Assembly: GCA_001783065.1 (NCBI GenBank)
Contig: MFQN01000019.1
Span: 309-64,308, forward strand
Length of the DNA stretch: 64,000 bases
Reading direction: 5' to 3'
Origin: Candidatus Magasanikbacteria bacterium RIFCSPLOWO2_12_FULL_43_12
GTDB lineage: Bacteria; Patescibacteriota; Patescibacteriia; Magasanikbacterales; UBA922
The stretch's first letter is position 1. Every line of letters starts with the position of its first letter. The position numbers and the translations under genes are program-made. The notes beneath the pieces were generated by a model. That model was not told the DNA's origin, did no database searches, and saw only the letters and a list, made by a program, of their open reading frames with translations. Shown here one piece after another: positions 55,155 to 64,000 of the stretch.

Positions 55155-55690
55155 ATATACCAGATTTACGTTTGGCTGGGAAAAAAGTATTTTTACGTAT
55201 CCTTAATGTGTCGGACGCTACCGCCGAATATTGCGCTTGGCTAAACGATCCAGAAGTAAATAAGTTTCTTACCACTCAACAGGCGATTATTTCCGAACTG
55301 CGAGGATACATAAAAGAAAAACTGATTAGTGAAAATACTTTGTTTTTAGGAATTTTTTGGAATGAGAACAGCCGACATATTGGCAACATAAAACTAGAGC
55401 CCATTGATGAGGAGAAAGGGGAAGCGATTATTGGTATTTTAGTCGGCGATAAGGACTACTGGGGGAAAGGGGTCGCGACAGAAGCAATTGGTTTATTGAG
55501 TAGTTATGCTTTTAGAGTTTTGAAGTTGCGCAGATTAGGATTGAAAGTAATAGCAGAAAATAAGGCGGCGGTGAGAGTGTATCAAAAATGCGGATTCAGG
55601 ATAAAAAGCGTTGATTATAAATCAGTAAATCGCGGCGGGCAGCTGTATGACGATGTAGGCATGGAAAAATTTTATGAAAGCGAATCCTAA
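55151..55690 (+). CDS. GNAT (RimJ/RimL-like) N-acyltransferase
   Basis: Y..WLNDPEV, HIGNIKL, YWGKG.ATEA and N.AA..VY.K.GF motifs. Confidence 0.85.
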   Translation: MNIPDLRLAGKKVFLRILNVSDATAEYCAWLNDPEVNKFLTTQQAIISELRGYIKEKLISENTLFLGIFWNENSRHIGNIKLEPIDEEKGEAIIGILVGDKDYWGKGVATEAIGLLSSYAFRVLKLRRLGLKVIAENKAAVRVYQKCGFRIKSVDYKSVNRGGQLYDDVGMEKFYESES

Positions 55691-55702
55691 TCATTCTATG
55701 TT

Positions 55703-56890
55703 ATGAGTAACCTTGTCAACGTTGGAAGCGCAAGAGTCGTTAGCGATCCAAAATTGTTAAAACGTTGCGCAAAATGCGTCATGCCAGAAACACAGGAGGC
55801 AATTACTTTTGATAGTCAAGGCGTATGTAGCACTTGCAGGCAAATTGAGTTTAAGCAGGAAAAGATTAATTGGGCGGCGCGTGAGAAAGAATTTTTAGCC
55901 TTGTGCGATCAATACCGGGGAAAAAATCAATATGATTGTATTGTCCCGTTTAGCGGCGGCAAAGACAGCACTTTCGCCGCTTATAAATTGGTTCATGATT
56001 ATGGTTTGAAGCCGCTGGTCGTGCAATATCATCATCAGCTTTTGCGTCCAAAAGTATTGGCAAACGCGGAAAGAACGATTAAACGTTTGGGCGCGGATTT
56101 TTTATCTTTCAAAACAAATTGGCAATTAATAAAAAAACTGATGCGCGTCAGTCTTGAACGGAAAGGCGATATTTTGTGGTATCAGCACACGGCAATTTTT
56201 TCCCTGCCGATGCACATTGCGATAAAATTTAACGCTCCTCTCGTTGTTTGGGGCGAACCATCCGCTGAATATACAAGTTATTATGGATACGACGAAACCG
56301 AAGAAGTTGATGAAAGACGTTTTAATATGGGGACCAACCTCGGCATCACAGCCGATGATATGTTGGGTTTTTTGAATGATTCCAAAATTACGATGCGTGA
56401 TTTGTGGCCGTATCAGTATCCGAAACGCGCCGATTTAGCGGCAATTGGATGCCGTTCGATTTGTTTGGGCAGTTATATACCTTGGGATGTAAAAAAGAAT
56501 TCACGGATTATTTCAGAAGAGTTGGGTTGGGAGGGCGATGAGGTGGAGGGGGTGCCGCCGGAATATTATTATGAAAAAATTGAAGATATGATGCAGGGCG
56601 TTCAGGATTATTTGAAATTTATAAAGCGCGGTTATGGACGCATGAGCCACTTGGCTTCAATTGATATCCGCAATGGTCGCATGACGCGTGAACAGGCCTT
56701 AAAACTCGTTGAAGAATGGGAGGGGAAAAGGCCGGCGAGTCTAGATGTTTTGCTTCATTGGTTGAATATTTCCGAAGCTGAATTTTATCAAATCGCCAGT
56801 CTTCACGTTATTAGCCCGTGGCGTCACGATCCCGCGAACATAAGGCGCGGTAAAGAGCTGTGGGATCAAAAGCTGTGGACTAAAGATTAA
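55703..56890 (+). CDS. N-acetyl sugar amidotransferase (WbuX/PseA family)
   Basis: CAKCVMP...CSTC, YDCIVPFSGGKDS PP-loop, WGE and YLKFIKRGYGR....ASIDIR.G..TRE motifs. Confidence 0.88.
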   Translation: MSNLVNVGSARVVSDPKLLKRCAKCVMPETQEAITFDSQGVCSTCRQIEFKQEKINWAAREKEFLALCDQYRGKNQYDCIVPFSGGKDSTFAAYKLVHDYGLKPLVVQYHHQLLRPKVLANAERTIKRLGADFLSFKTNWQLIKKLMRVSLERKGDILWYQHTAIFSLPMHIAIKFNAPLVVWGEPSAEYTSYYGYDETEEVDERRFNMGTNLGITADDMLGFLNDSKITMRDLWPYQYPKRADLAAIGCRSICLGSYIPWDVKKNSRIISEELGWEGDEVEGVPPEYYYEKIEDMMQGVQDYLKFIKRGYGRMSHLASIDIRNGRMTREQALKLVEEWEGKRPASLDVLLHWLNISEAEFYQIASLHVISPWRHDPANIRRGKELWDQKLWTKD

Positions 56891-56900
56891 AGACCAAGAT

Positions 56901-57518
56901 ATGATTGCCGTCATTGATTATGGAATGGGAAATCTGGCTTCTATTAAAAAGGCTTTGGAGTATGCGGGCGGAAAACCTTTTTTAACCAGTAATCCACAAG
57001 ATTTGGAGCGGGCGGAGAGAATTGTTCTGCCCGGTGTCGGAGCGTTTGCCGAAGGCATGTCTCATCTTAAAGAATCAGGTATGGATGTAAAATTGCGAGA
57101 GGCTGTGCTTAAAGGAAAAAAACCGTTATTTGGCATTTGTCTCGGCATGCAATTGCTGGCAAAAAAGAGTTATGAGTTTGGCGAATATCCGGGGCTGGGG
57201 TTAATTGACGCGGAAGTGAAAAAATTTGATTTTTATGATACATTTCCAAATCTGCGCGTACCCCACGTGGGTTGGAACGCTGTTGGATTTAAAATTGCCT
57301 CGCCTTATTTTGAAGGGATAAAAGACAACAGTGATTTTTATTTTGTGCACAGTTATCACGTGGTTTGTCGCGAGCCGCGGCTCGTTGCGGCTGTAAGCGA
57401 CTATGGCGGGGAGTTTACCGCGGCGATCGCCAAGGATAATATTTTTGCCACACAATTCCATCCGGAAAAAAGCCAGCAATATGGACTTAAGATGCTGGAG
57501 AATTTTGTGGCTTTATAG
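56901..57518 (+). CDS. hisH: HisH-family glutamine amidotransferase subunit (glycan-associated, WbuY-like)
   Basis: DYGMGN, LPGVGAF, GICLGMQLL, YFVHSY and QFHPEKS motifs. Confidence 0.88.
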   Translation: MIAVIDYGMGNLASIKKALEYAGGKPFLTSNPQDLERAERIVLPGVGAFAEGMSHLKESGMDVKLREAVLKGKKPLFGICLGMQLLAKKSYEFGEYPGLGLIDAEVKKFDFYDTFPNLRVPHVGWNAVGFKIASPYFEGIKDNSDFYFVHSYHVVCREPRLVAAVSDYGGEFTAAIAKDNIFATQFHPEKSQQYGLKMLENFVAL

Positions 57519-57527
57519 TTGTTTTCT

Positions 57528-58286
57528 ATGGTGAAAATGCGTATAATTCCACTGTTACTTTTAAAGAACGGCCGGCTGGTAAAAACCGTTCAGTTTAGCG
57601 GATATCGCGATGTTGGCGATCCGGTGGCTACGGCGAAAATATATGACGCGCAGAGAGCAGATGAAATGATTCTCTTGGACATAGAAGCTAGCAAGGAGAA
57701 TCGCGGAACCCTGCTTAATATTGTCAGAGAGGTTTCTGGGGAATGCTTCATGCCGCTTGGGGTCGGTGGAGGAATACGGGCACTTGGCGATATCCGTTTG
57801 TTGCTTCAAAGCGGCGCGGATAAAGTAGTAATTAATACGGCGGCGGTTGAGGATCCGAGCTTGGTCAGAAAGGCGGCAAAAAAATTTGGCTGTTCCACAA
57901 TTGTTGTCTCTATAGATTACAAAAAAAATTCAGCTGGTCGTCCGGAGGTGTTTGTGCGTGGCGGCAGTAAATCAACCGGTCTCGACCCGGTAGAATGGGC
58001 GATAAAGGTTGTAGCCGAAGGAGCCGGAGAAATTATGTTGACTTCAATAGAACGCGATGGGATGATGCGCGGGATTGATCTGGATATTATTCGCACGGTA
58101 GCCGACTTGGTTTCAGTTCCTGTAATTTGTTCTGGCGGAGTGGGAACTTTAGAAGATTTTAAACGTGGATTTATAGATGGTCATGTTTCGGCGGTTGGGG
58201 CGGGCAGCATATTTCATTTTACCGACCAAAGCATAATTAAAACCAGGCGTTATTTAGTTGGTGAAGGCATCAACGTACGCCGTTAA
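57528..58286 (+). CDS. hisF: HisF-family cyclase-like subunit (glycan-associated, WbuZ-like)
   Basis: RIIP.LL, VKT..F....GDP, ADE...LDI, VGGGIR, GADKV.IN and GAGEI.LTSI.RDG motifs; ATG at 57528. Confidence 0.85.
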   Translation: MVKMRIIPLLLLKNGRLVKTVQFSGYRDVGDPVATAKIYDAQRADEMILLDIEASKENRGTLLNIVREVSGECFMPLGVGGGIRALGDIRLLLQSGADKVVINTAAVEDPSLVRKAAKKFGCSTIVVSIDYKKNSAGRPEVFVRGGSKSTGLDPVEWAIKVVAEGAGEIMLTSIERDGMMRGIDLDIIRTVADLVSVPVICSGGVGTLEDFKRGFIDGHVSAVGAGSIFHFTDQSIIKTRRYLVGEGINVRR

Positions 58287-58300
58287 AAGAATTTATTATT

Positions 58301-59365
58301 ATGAAACCGATGATTATTAATACCCCAAAAGGAAAAAGAAAAATCGGACCAGGCAATCCGGCGTTTATTATTGCCGAGATGTCCGGCAACCATAATCAGG
58401 ATTTTAATCGCGCGTTAAAAATTATTGATGCCGCCGCGGCCGCCGGTGTTGACGCGGTAAAATTGCAGACATACACGCCGGATACAATCACGATGGATTC
58501 AGACAAAGATTATTTTCGGGTAAAAATAAAAAATGTGTGGCAGGATCAAATTTTATATAATCTTTACAAACAGGCTTACACACCATGGGATTGGCAGCCG
58601 AAATTAAAAAAGTATGGCGAAAATAAAGGGTTGGTGGTTTTTTCCACGCCGTTTGACAACACCGCGGTTGATTTTTTGGAAAAAATGAAAGTGTCGTTAT
58701 ATAAGATTGCTTCTTATGAAGTTGGCGATATTCCCTTGTTAAAACGAGTCGGCCAAACTAAAAAGTCGGTGATTATGTCGCGCGGCATGGCTTCCAAAGC
58801 TGAAATTCAACTGGCGATAAAGACCCTCAAAGAAGCCGGCGCTTCTCAAGTTGCCACACTGCACTGCGTTAGCGCTTATCCGGCTACAGCCGAACAAATG
58901 AATTTGGCGACCATTCCAGATTTGGCCAAACGCTTTAAAGTTATTTCCGGATTGTCTGATCACACGTTAGGAATTACTGCTTCCGTCGCTTCTATCGTTT
59001 TGGGCGCCAATATTATTGAAAAGCATCTGACTTTGCGGCGAGCTGATGGCGGCCCCGACGCCACCTTTTCTTTGGAGCCGGGAGAATTTAAAGATTTAGT
59101 TCAAACAGTGCGTGAAGCGGAAGCGACGATTGGCAAACCGAATTATGAATTGACCGAAGGTGAAAAAATTGGAGTATTATATCGCAAATCATTGTTTGTG
59201 GTGAAAGACATCAAAGCTGGTGAGAAGTTCACGCCACAAAATGTGCGTAGTATTCGTCCAGGCCATGGTTTGCCGCCAAAATATTATGAAGAGATTTTGG
59301 GACGCGCGGCGAAAGTTGATATTGAACGAGGCGAACCGTTAGACCGGGGAATGGTCAGGCGGTAA
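58301..59365 (+). CDS. pseI: Pseudaminic acid synthase
   Basis: IIAEMSGNHNQ, KLQTYT.DT.T, AYTPW.W, STPFD, LSDHTLG, IEKH, GGPD..FSLEP and an SAF domain (RSIRPG.GL.P). Confidence 0.9.
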   Translation: MKPMIINTPKGKRKIGPGNPAFIIAEMSGNHNQDFNRALKIIDAAAAAGVDAVKLQTYTPDTITMDSDKDYFRVKIKNVWQDQILYNLYKQAYTPWDWQPKLKKYGENKGLVVFSTPFDNTAVDFLEKMKVSLYKIASYEVGDIPLLKRVGQTKKSVIMSRGMASKAEIQLAIKTLKEAGASQVATLHCVSAYPATAEQMNLATIPDLAKRFKVISGLSDHTLGITASVASIVLGANIIEKHLTLRRADGGPDATFSLEPGEFKDLVQTVREAEATIGKPNYELTEGEKIGVLYRKSLFVVKDIKAGEKFTPQNVRSIRPGHGLPPKYYEEILGRAAKVDIERGEPLDRGMVRR

Positions 59366-59385
59366 CAAGTCTTCTGTAAGTTATT

Positions 59386-60012
59386 ATGGTAAAATTTTTT
59401 TCAACAGCGGCCATACTTAGCGGAGCAATGGTGAGAGATATGTCTGGGCGCTGGCGCACCACGACCTTTGATGATCCAGGCGATCTTTATGGGTCGGTTG
59501 GCGATCGTCTGCGTGTCATCGCGGGCAGTTGTTTGTATAGGGAAAATCCATCACTTAAGTTCATTCTTTTGGGCGGTAAAGGGCAGCATGCCCGCACCCC
59601 CGGCGCTCCCACTTTGGCAGAGGTGATACAAGAGGAGTTGCAGGAATTAGGAGTGCCGCCAGAAAATATTTTTCTGGAAAAAAAATCTGGTAATACCTAC
59701 GAGTCGTTATTTTTTCTGAAAGAATTTTTAGAAGACAAAAATTTAAAAGATATTTTATTGATTTCAAACAAATATCATCTGCCTAGAATTAAAGCAATGA
59801 TAAAAGGAACCCCGGAATTGAATTTGACTTTCTCTCTTTTGAGAATCAGACTTATGTCCGCCGAGAAAATTTTAATTACCCATGAACCAAAAATCTGGCG
59901 GAAAAAAATTGCCGCTGTTTATAACAGCGCGGTTATGAAAAAACGTTTAAGCGCAGAAAAGAAAGGTATTGAAGATTTTAAAAATGGAAAGTATAAATTT
60001 ATCCATTATTAA
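59386..60012 (+). CDS. YdcF/DUF218 (ElyC/SanA-like) protein
   Basis: R...G, ILLGG.G, AE.....L..LGVP.E.I..E..S.NTYE and ISN.YHLPR motifs. Confidence 0.75.
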   Translation: MVKFFSTAAILSGAMVRDMSGRWRTTTFDDPGDLYGSVGDRLRVIAGSCLYRENPSLKFILLGGKGQHARTPGAPTLAEVIQEELQELGVPPENIFLEKKSGNTYESLFFLKEFLEDKNLKDILLISNKYHLPRIKAMIKGTPELNLTFSLLRIRLMSAEKILITHEPKIWRKKIAAVYNSAVMKKRLSAEKKGIEDFKNGKYKFIHY

Positions 60013-60065
60013 AACTGCCCCCCCAAATCAATTTATGGATAAAGAGACGTTAAATCATAAAGAAT

Positions 60066-61511
60066 ATGGCATCTTGTAAATTTTTGTTCATTTATCCTGA
60101 TATAAATGAGTTTAGCCATGCTTATGACGGCAATAATGGTTGTTATTATTATGGAATAGCCCAATTATCCAGTGTTCTTAAAAGGGTTGGAGTGGAGACC
60201 GGGCTTTTACATTACACACTCCGTCCAGCAAAAGAAAAATTTTTAAACGATATAGATAATTTTACTCCTGACATTATCGGTTTTTCTTCAACGACGATGA
60301 TGATTGCGGATGTCTATGAATGGGTCAGATGGATACGGGAGTCTGGCCGTCATTCCCCACTCGTATTGGGTGGAAGCCACGCGACATTGGACTATAAAAG
60401 AGTGGCGGCGGATGGATTATTTGACGTTATTTTTATTGGAGAGTCCGAGGAATCAATTGTGGAATATTGTCAACACTATCGTGAGCGCCCCACAAATATT
60501 CTTGGCACGGTCGTCAAGGGTGACAATGATTACATCTTTAATCCTGCGCGTGTCTTGGAGCAGAATCTAGATAGATACCCGTTTCCTGACTGGACCCTTT
60601 TTGATTATGAAAGTCTTTATGATATGAAAACACACAAGCGCGGCATTCTTATGGCCGCGCGCGGCTGTCCTTACCGTTGCAGTTTTTGTTCAAATGACAG
60701 GTACGCTGATTTATATCGCAATAAAGGAAAAATCCTTCGCATAAAGACAGTGGATTATGTTATTCGAGAGGCGAAGGCAATGAAGATTCAGTATCCAGCT
60801 ATCAATTATTTTCAATTTGTGGAAGATACCGTGGGTTTTGACCGAATATGGTTGAAAGAATTCAGCGAAAGATGGCCGAGAGAGGTGGGGATGGATTTTT
60901 ATGCGAATCTGAATGTAAACGTTTGCAATGATGACACAATAAAATTGTTGGCTTTAGCCGGTTGTCGACGTTTGCAAATTGGCGTTGAGACGGGTAATGA
61001 GTCGCGCCGGAAAGAAATTTTAAAGAAGCCGGTTCTTAATAAAACTATTGAGGCAGTGGTTAAAGAATGTCACAAGCATGACATTGATGTTAATAGTTTG
61101 AACATGATTGGTTTGCCGTTTGAGAGCGAGGAAAACATATTAGAGACAATTCATTTTAACGCCCGCCTGAAACCGAAATTGTTGCAGTGTACGATTTTTT
61201 ATCCTTTTCCACATACTTCACTGTATGACTATTGCGTTGAACACAAACTGATCAGTGAGAGTAACCTCTCGAGAACTGATTATTTTCGGGAGAGTATTTT
61301 GGAAAATCCAAAAATTTCTCAAGAGGCGTTATATTTTTTTAGGGATAATTTTAAGACATTGATAAAGATTTATAGATATGTTAATATTGATTGGCTGATA
61401 AGGCTGGTTGGGTATAAGAGGGCGGGTAAAATTATTAGACTTTTCAGGACAAGGTCTGAATTAAAAAAGTGGCTTTATCAACCGCGTAAGAAATTATTAA
61501 AGTATGTTTAA
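60066..61511 (+). CDS. Cobalamin-dependent radical SAM protein
   Basis: GG.HATL, IGESE, ARGCPYRCSFC, IGVETGN, MIGLPFE and FYPFPHT motifs. Confidence 0.88.
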   Translation: MASCKFLFIYPDINEFSHAYDGNNGCYYYGIAQLSSVLKRVGVETGLLHYTLRPAKEKFLNDIDNFTPDIIGFSSTTMMIADVYEWVRWIRESGRHSPLVLGGSHATLDYKRVAADGLFDVIFIGESEESIVEYCQHYRERPTNILGTVVKGDNDYIFNPARVLEQNLDRYPFPDWTLFDYESLYDMKTHKRGILMAARGCPYRCSFCSNDRYADLYRNKGKILRIKTVDYVIREAKAMKIQYPAINYFQFVEDTVGFDRIWLKEFSERWPREVGMDFYANLNVNVCNDDTIKLLALAGCRRLQIGVETGNESRRKEILKKPVLNKTIEAVVKECHKHDIDVNSLNMIGLPFESEENILETIHFNARLKPKLLQCTIFYPFPHTSLYDYCVEHKLISESNLSRTDYFRESILENPKISQEALYFFRDNFKTLIKIYRYVNIDWLIRLVGYKRAGKIIRLFRTRSELKKWLYQPRKKLLKYV

Positions 61512-62457
61512 TAAAAAATCTATTTTAAATAAAAAAGACGTATTAGTTACCGGCGCGGCCGGCGTTATCGGCCGAGAACTCATAAATTTATTGAAAGAGG
61601 CGGGCGCCAACATCCGGGCAGTTGATTTTCAAGAAAAACCGGCCGCTTTCGGGAATATTGATTATTTTCGTTGCGATTTATCCCATCCCGATTCCCAATT
61701 TTTATTTCGTTTTGAACCCAATTATGTTTTTCATCTAGCGGCTGATTTTGAACGCAGCGCCGAAAATTTACTTTTTTGGGATACGAATTTTGCCAACAAT
61801 ATTTTGGCTTCTCATTATACCCTCAATCAAGCGGTTAAATGTCCGGCTTTAAAAAAAATTATTTTTGCTTCCAGCTATTTAATCTACGATAAAAAATTAT
61901 ATAATGATACCGGCGGTGGTAATGTTTTATCAGAAAAATCAATAATAAATCCGCGTAATATCTGCGGGGTATCAAAGTTGCAGACAGAAAGAGATATTGA
62001 ATTTTTTTATGAGAAAATGAATAGAAGATTTAGTTATGCGTGCGCGAGAATTTTTCGTGTTTACGGCCAAGGGTCGCGAGATATAATATCACGTTGGGTT
62101 CGTTTGGCTCTGCGGTCGGAAGAATTGTCGGTGTTTGATGCGAAAAATTCTTTTGATTATATTTATGCCAAAGATGCGGCTTTGGGGCTTATAAAAATGG
62201 CGGAGATTGAAGAAGCGAAAGGTATAATAAATTTGGGCACCGGTGTCTCCGCAAGCATTGGCGAGGTTTTGGAGCTTATACGACATTTAATGCCAGAAGT
62301 CAAATCAAAAAATGTGAAAAAGTCTATTTTCTTAGAGTCTAGCTGCGCCGATGTTTCGAAGCTTAAGAAAAAACTTGGTTGGATCCCGCAGACGCGGCTT
62401 GAGGATGGTATTAAGGAAATAATTGCCTATGAAAAAAAGAAAATCTCGCAACGATGA
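61504..62457 (+). CDS. NAD-dependent epimerase/dehydratase (extended SDR, atypical CxxxK)
   Basis: VTGAAGVIG, FHLAA, FASS and RIFRVYG motifs. Confidence 0.82.
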   Translation: MFNKKSILNKKDVLVTGAAGVIGRELINLLKEAGANIRAVDFQEKPAAFGNIDYFRCDLSHPDSQFLFRFEPNYVFHLAADFERSAENLLFWDTNFANNILASHYTLNQAVKCPALKKIIFASSYLIYDKKLYNDTGGGNVLSEKSIINPRNICGVSKLQTERDIEFFYEKMNRRFSYACARIFRVYGQGSRDIISRWVRLALRSEELSVFDAKNSFDYIYAKDAALGLIKMAEIEEAKGIINLGTGVSASIGEVLELIRHLMPEVKSKNVKKSIFLESSCADVSKLKKKLGWIPQTRLEDGIKEIIAYEKKKISQR

Positions 62458-63433
62458 TTGTGTAGAGAGGAAACAAATCAATGTTTTGTTTACCAGCGTT
62501 TCTCACAAGGTATCCTTGGTGAATAGTTTCAGAAACGCTTACCGCGATCTAAAAATTCCCGGTTTAATTGTCGGTGTTGATTGCGACCCTTTTAGCGCCG
62601 CGTTTCATTTCGTGGATAAAAAGTATGTTATACCCCGCTTAGACGATCGCAATTTTTTACCGAAACTAATGTCAATTTGCCGTCGAGAAAATATTGCCTT
62701 ATTAATTCCGACTCGCGACGAGGATTTATCTTTTTTTTCAAATCATCGGCATGAGTTTGAAGCTAATAATATTAGGGTTATGGTTGCCGATCCGCGGACA
62801 ATCGCGATCTGTTCAGATAAATGGCGGTTTTTTAAGTATTTACAAAACAATCGCATATCAACCATTGAAACTTGGCAAAGGCTGGATCCGAAGATAAAAT
62901 TTCCCTGTATCGTTAAACCGCGTATGGGCAAGGGCGCTCTGGGAGTTCTGAAGATTGAAGATATGACGCAATTAAGAGGGGTTGATTTAGATAAAAATAT
63001 TATTCAAGAAAAAATAGAAGGGGTTGAATATACAATAGACTACCTCGCGGATTTTGACGGCCGTCCAGTTTGCGCCGTGCCTCGCATACGGCTTAGGATA
63101 TATCAAGGAGAATCCAAGGCCGGTGTTACTAAATATGATAAAAAAATGATTGATTTATGCAAAAAACTCGGCAAAGGTCTTAAATTAATTGGCCACAATA
63201 CCATCCAATGTTTTAAACTTCCTGACGGAAAGATCAAATTTTTAGAAGTTAATCCGAGGTTTGGCGGAGGCGCCGCGTTAGGCATGGCGGCTGGCTGCAA
63301 AAGCCCGGAGTTTATTTTGTCGTTGATGGCGAATCGCGTTTTTCCGATTGTTGAAAAGTTTACTGAAGATTTAGCAATGATCAGGTATAGCCAAGATATT
63401 TTTTTACCCTATGATCAAATTGGTGGTTTTTGA
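62423..63433 (+). CDS. ATP-grasp domain protein (amide-bond ligase candidate)
   Basis: IC.DKW, FP.IVKPR.G.GA, IQE.I.G.EYT.D and EVNPRFGGG motifs; the true ATG is probably at 62429. Confidence 0.85.
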   Translation: MPMKKRKSRNDDCVERKQINVLFTSVSHKVSLVNSFRNAYRDLKIPGLIVGVDCDPFSAAFHFVDKKYVIPRLDDRNFLPKLMSICRRENIALLIPTRDEDLSFFSNHRHEFEANNIRVMVADPRTIAICSDKWRFFKYLQNNRISTIETWQRLDPKIKFPCIVKPRMGKGALGVLKIEDMTQLRGVDLDKNIIQEKIEGVEYTIDYLADFDGRPVCAVPRIRLRIYQGESKAGVTKYDKKMIDLCKKLGKGLKLIGHNTIQCFKLPDGKIKFLEVNPRFGGGAALGMAAGCKSPEFILSLMANRVFPIVEKFTEDLAMIRYSQDIFLPYDQIGGF

Positions 63434-64000
63434 CTTAGATGATACCCTGTATAACGAAAAAGAATACGTATTGAGCGGCTTCAAAGCGGTAGCGAATTTT
63501 TTGTCTAAAACTACCAATATAGCGCCCCAAGAGATCTATGCCGCGCTGGTTGAATCTTTTGTTTTGCACGGACGAGGAAAAAATTTTGAATACTTTTTTG
63601 AGAAATATAATCTGCCCAAAGTTGATTGCGATCTGCTGGTAAAAATATACCGCGAACATACTCCAGACATAAAGTTGTTCGTCGAATCCGAATTAGTTTT
63701 GGAGCATTTGAAGAAAAAATTTACTTTAGCCATTCTTACCAATGGCTGGGAGGATGCGCAGAGGAACAAGGTCTTCGCTTTAAAACTTGGACATTATTTT
63801 GATTCAATCTTTTTTGCTCAAGAAAAAGGTTTGGAGTTTCGCAAGCCCGATCCACGGTGTTTTTTGAATATTTTGCGCCATTATAAATTTAAGCCGGAGG
63901 AAGTTTTGATGGTTGGTGACGATCTATTTTCTGATATTGAAGGCGCGGACAGGCTCGGTTTTGGGGCATTTCATATTAGACACCAGAGTGATTTATTAAA
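63411..64000 (+). CDS. HAD-superfamily hydrolase, 3'-truncated (absent from the ORF track)
   Basis: Manual translation from ATG 63411 gives MIKLVVFDLDDTLYNEKEYVLSGF...LTNG...RKPDP...VGDDLFSDIEGA, open to the window end. Confidence 0.88.
   Translation, partial: MIKLVVFDLDDTLYNEKEYVLSGFKAVANFLSKTTNIAPQEIYAALVESFVLHGRGKNFEYFFEKYNLPKVDCDLLVKIYREHTPDIKLFVESELVLEHLKKKFTLAILTNGWEDAQRNKVFALKLGHYFDSIFFAQEKGLEFRKPDPRCFLNILRHYKFKPEEVLMVGDDLFSDIEGADRLGFGAFHIRHQSDLL

Noticed and set aside
56901-58286. hisH/hisF as histidine biosynthesis genes
   Set aside because: No other his genes are present, and they follow a WbuX/PseA amidotransferase, the known glycan-associated arrangement.
60017-60023. Poly-C tract as a phase-variation switch
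   Set aside because: Only seven C residues and intergenic; other homopolymers are A/T runs of about 8 nt, expected in AT-rich DNA.
1-64000. Alternative genetic code (TGA or TAG reassigned)
   Set aside because: Full-length proteins translate under the standard code, and many genes end in TGA within ATGA overlaps or in TAG at their expected C-termini.
1-64000. CRISPR array, tRNA, rRNA, riboswitch (including cobalamin), IS or integron
   Set aside because: Intergenic gaps are under about 190 nt and show no repeat-spacer pattern, cloverleaf or recognisable riboswitch; no recombinase or transposase ORF. A covariance-model scan was not possible.

Overview
The whole 64-kb window is one uninterrupted cell-surface glycan biosynthesis and tailoring island of about 59 tightly packed CDSs, truncated at both ends. 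I found no rRNA, tRNA, CRISPR array, transposase or housekeeping gene. It contains: (i) an AsnB/ArnT/deacetylase/formyltransferase/WecB/GT2 operon; (ii) GDP-fucose-type genes (one gmd, two fcl paralogues); (iii) a CDP-3,6-dideoxyhexose route (rfbF, rfbG-like, rfbH) around a C-methyltransferase, three radical-SAM genes including a 1223-aa internally duplicated B12-dependent one, an atypical NeuB-cupin fusion, a HAD phosphatase and a ThDP enzyme; (iv) five GT-C-type membrane proteins with polyprenol-phosphate GT2s and a GtrA-type flippase; (v) an ABC flippase with two KpsS-like transferases; (vi) a heavily decorated pseudaminic-acid cluster. Shine-Dalgarno motifs are almost absent and there is a strong T at -1 of start codons. 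Together with the compact layout and many GT-C genes, this suggests a Patescibacteria/CPR-like genome (inference only). The most unusual elements are the radical-SAM nucleotide-sugar tailoring block, the NeuB-cupin/HAD pair, a possible Arn-like formyl protect/deprotect module, crossed sigma70 promoter pairs and a GC-rich self-contained Nudix cassette. All functional calls come from motif recognition by eye, with no database searches.
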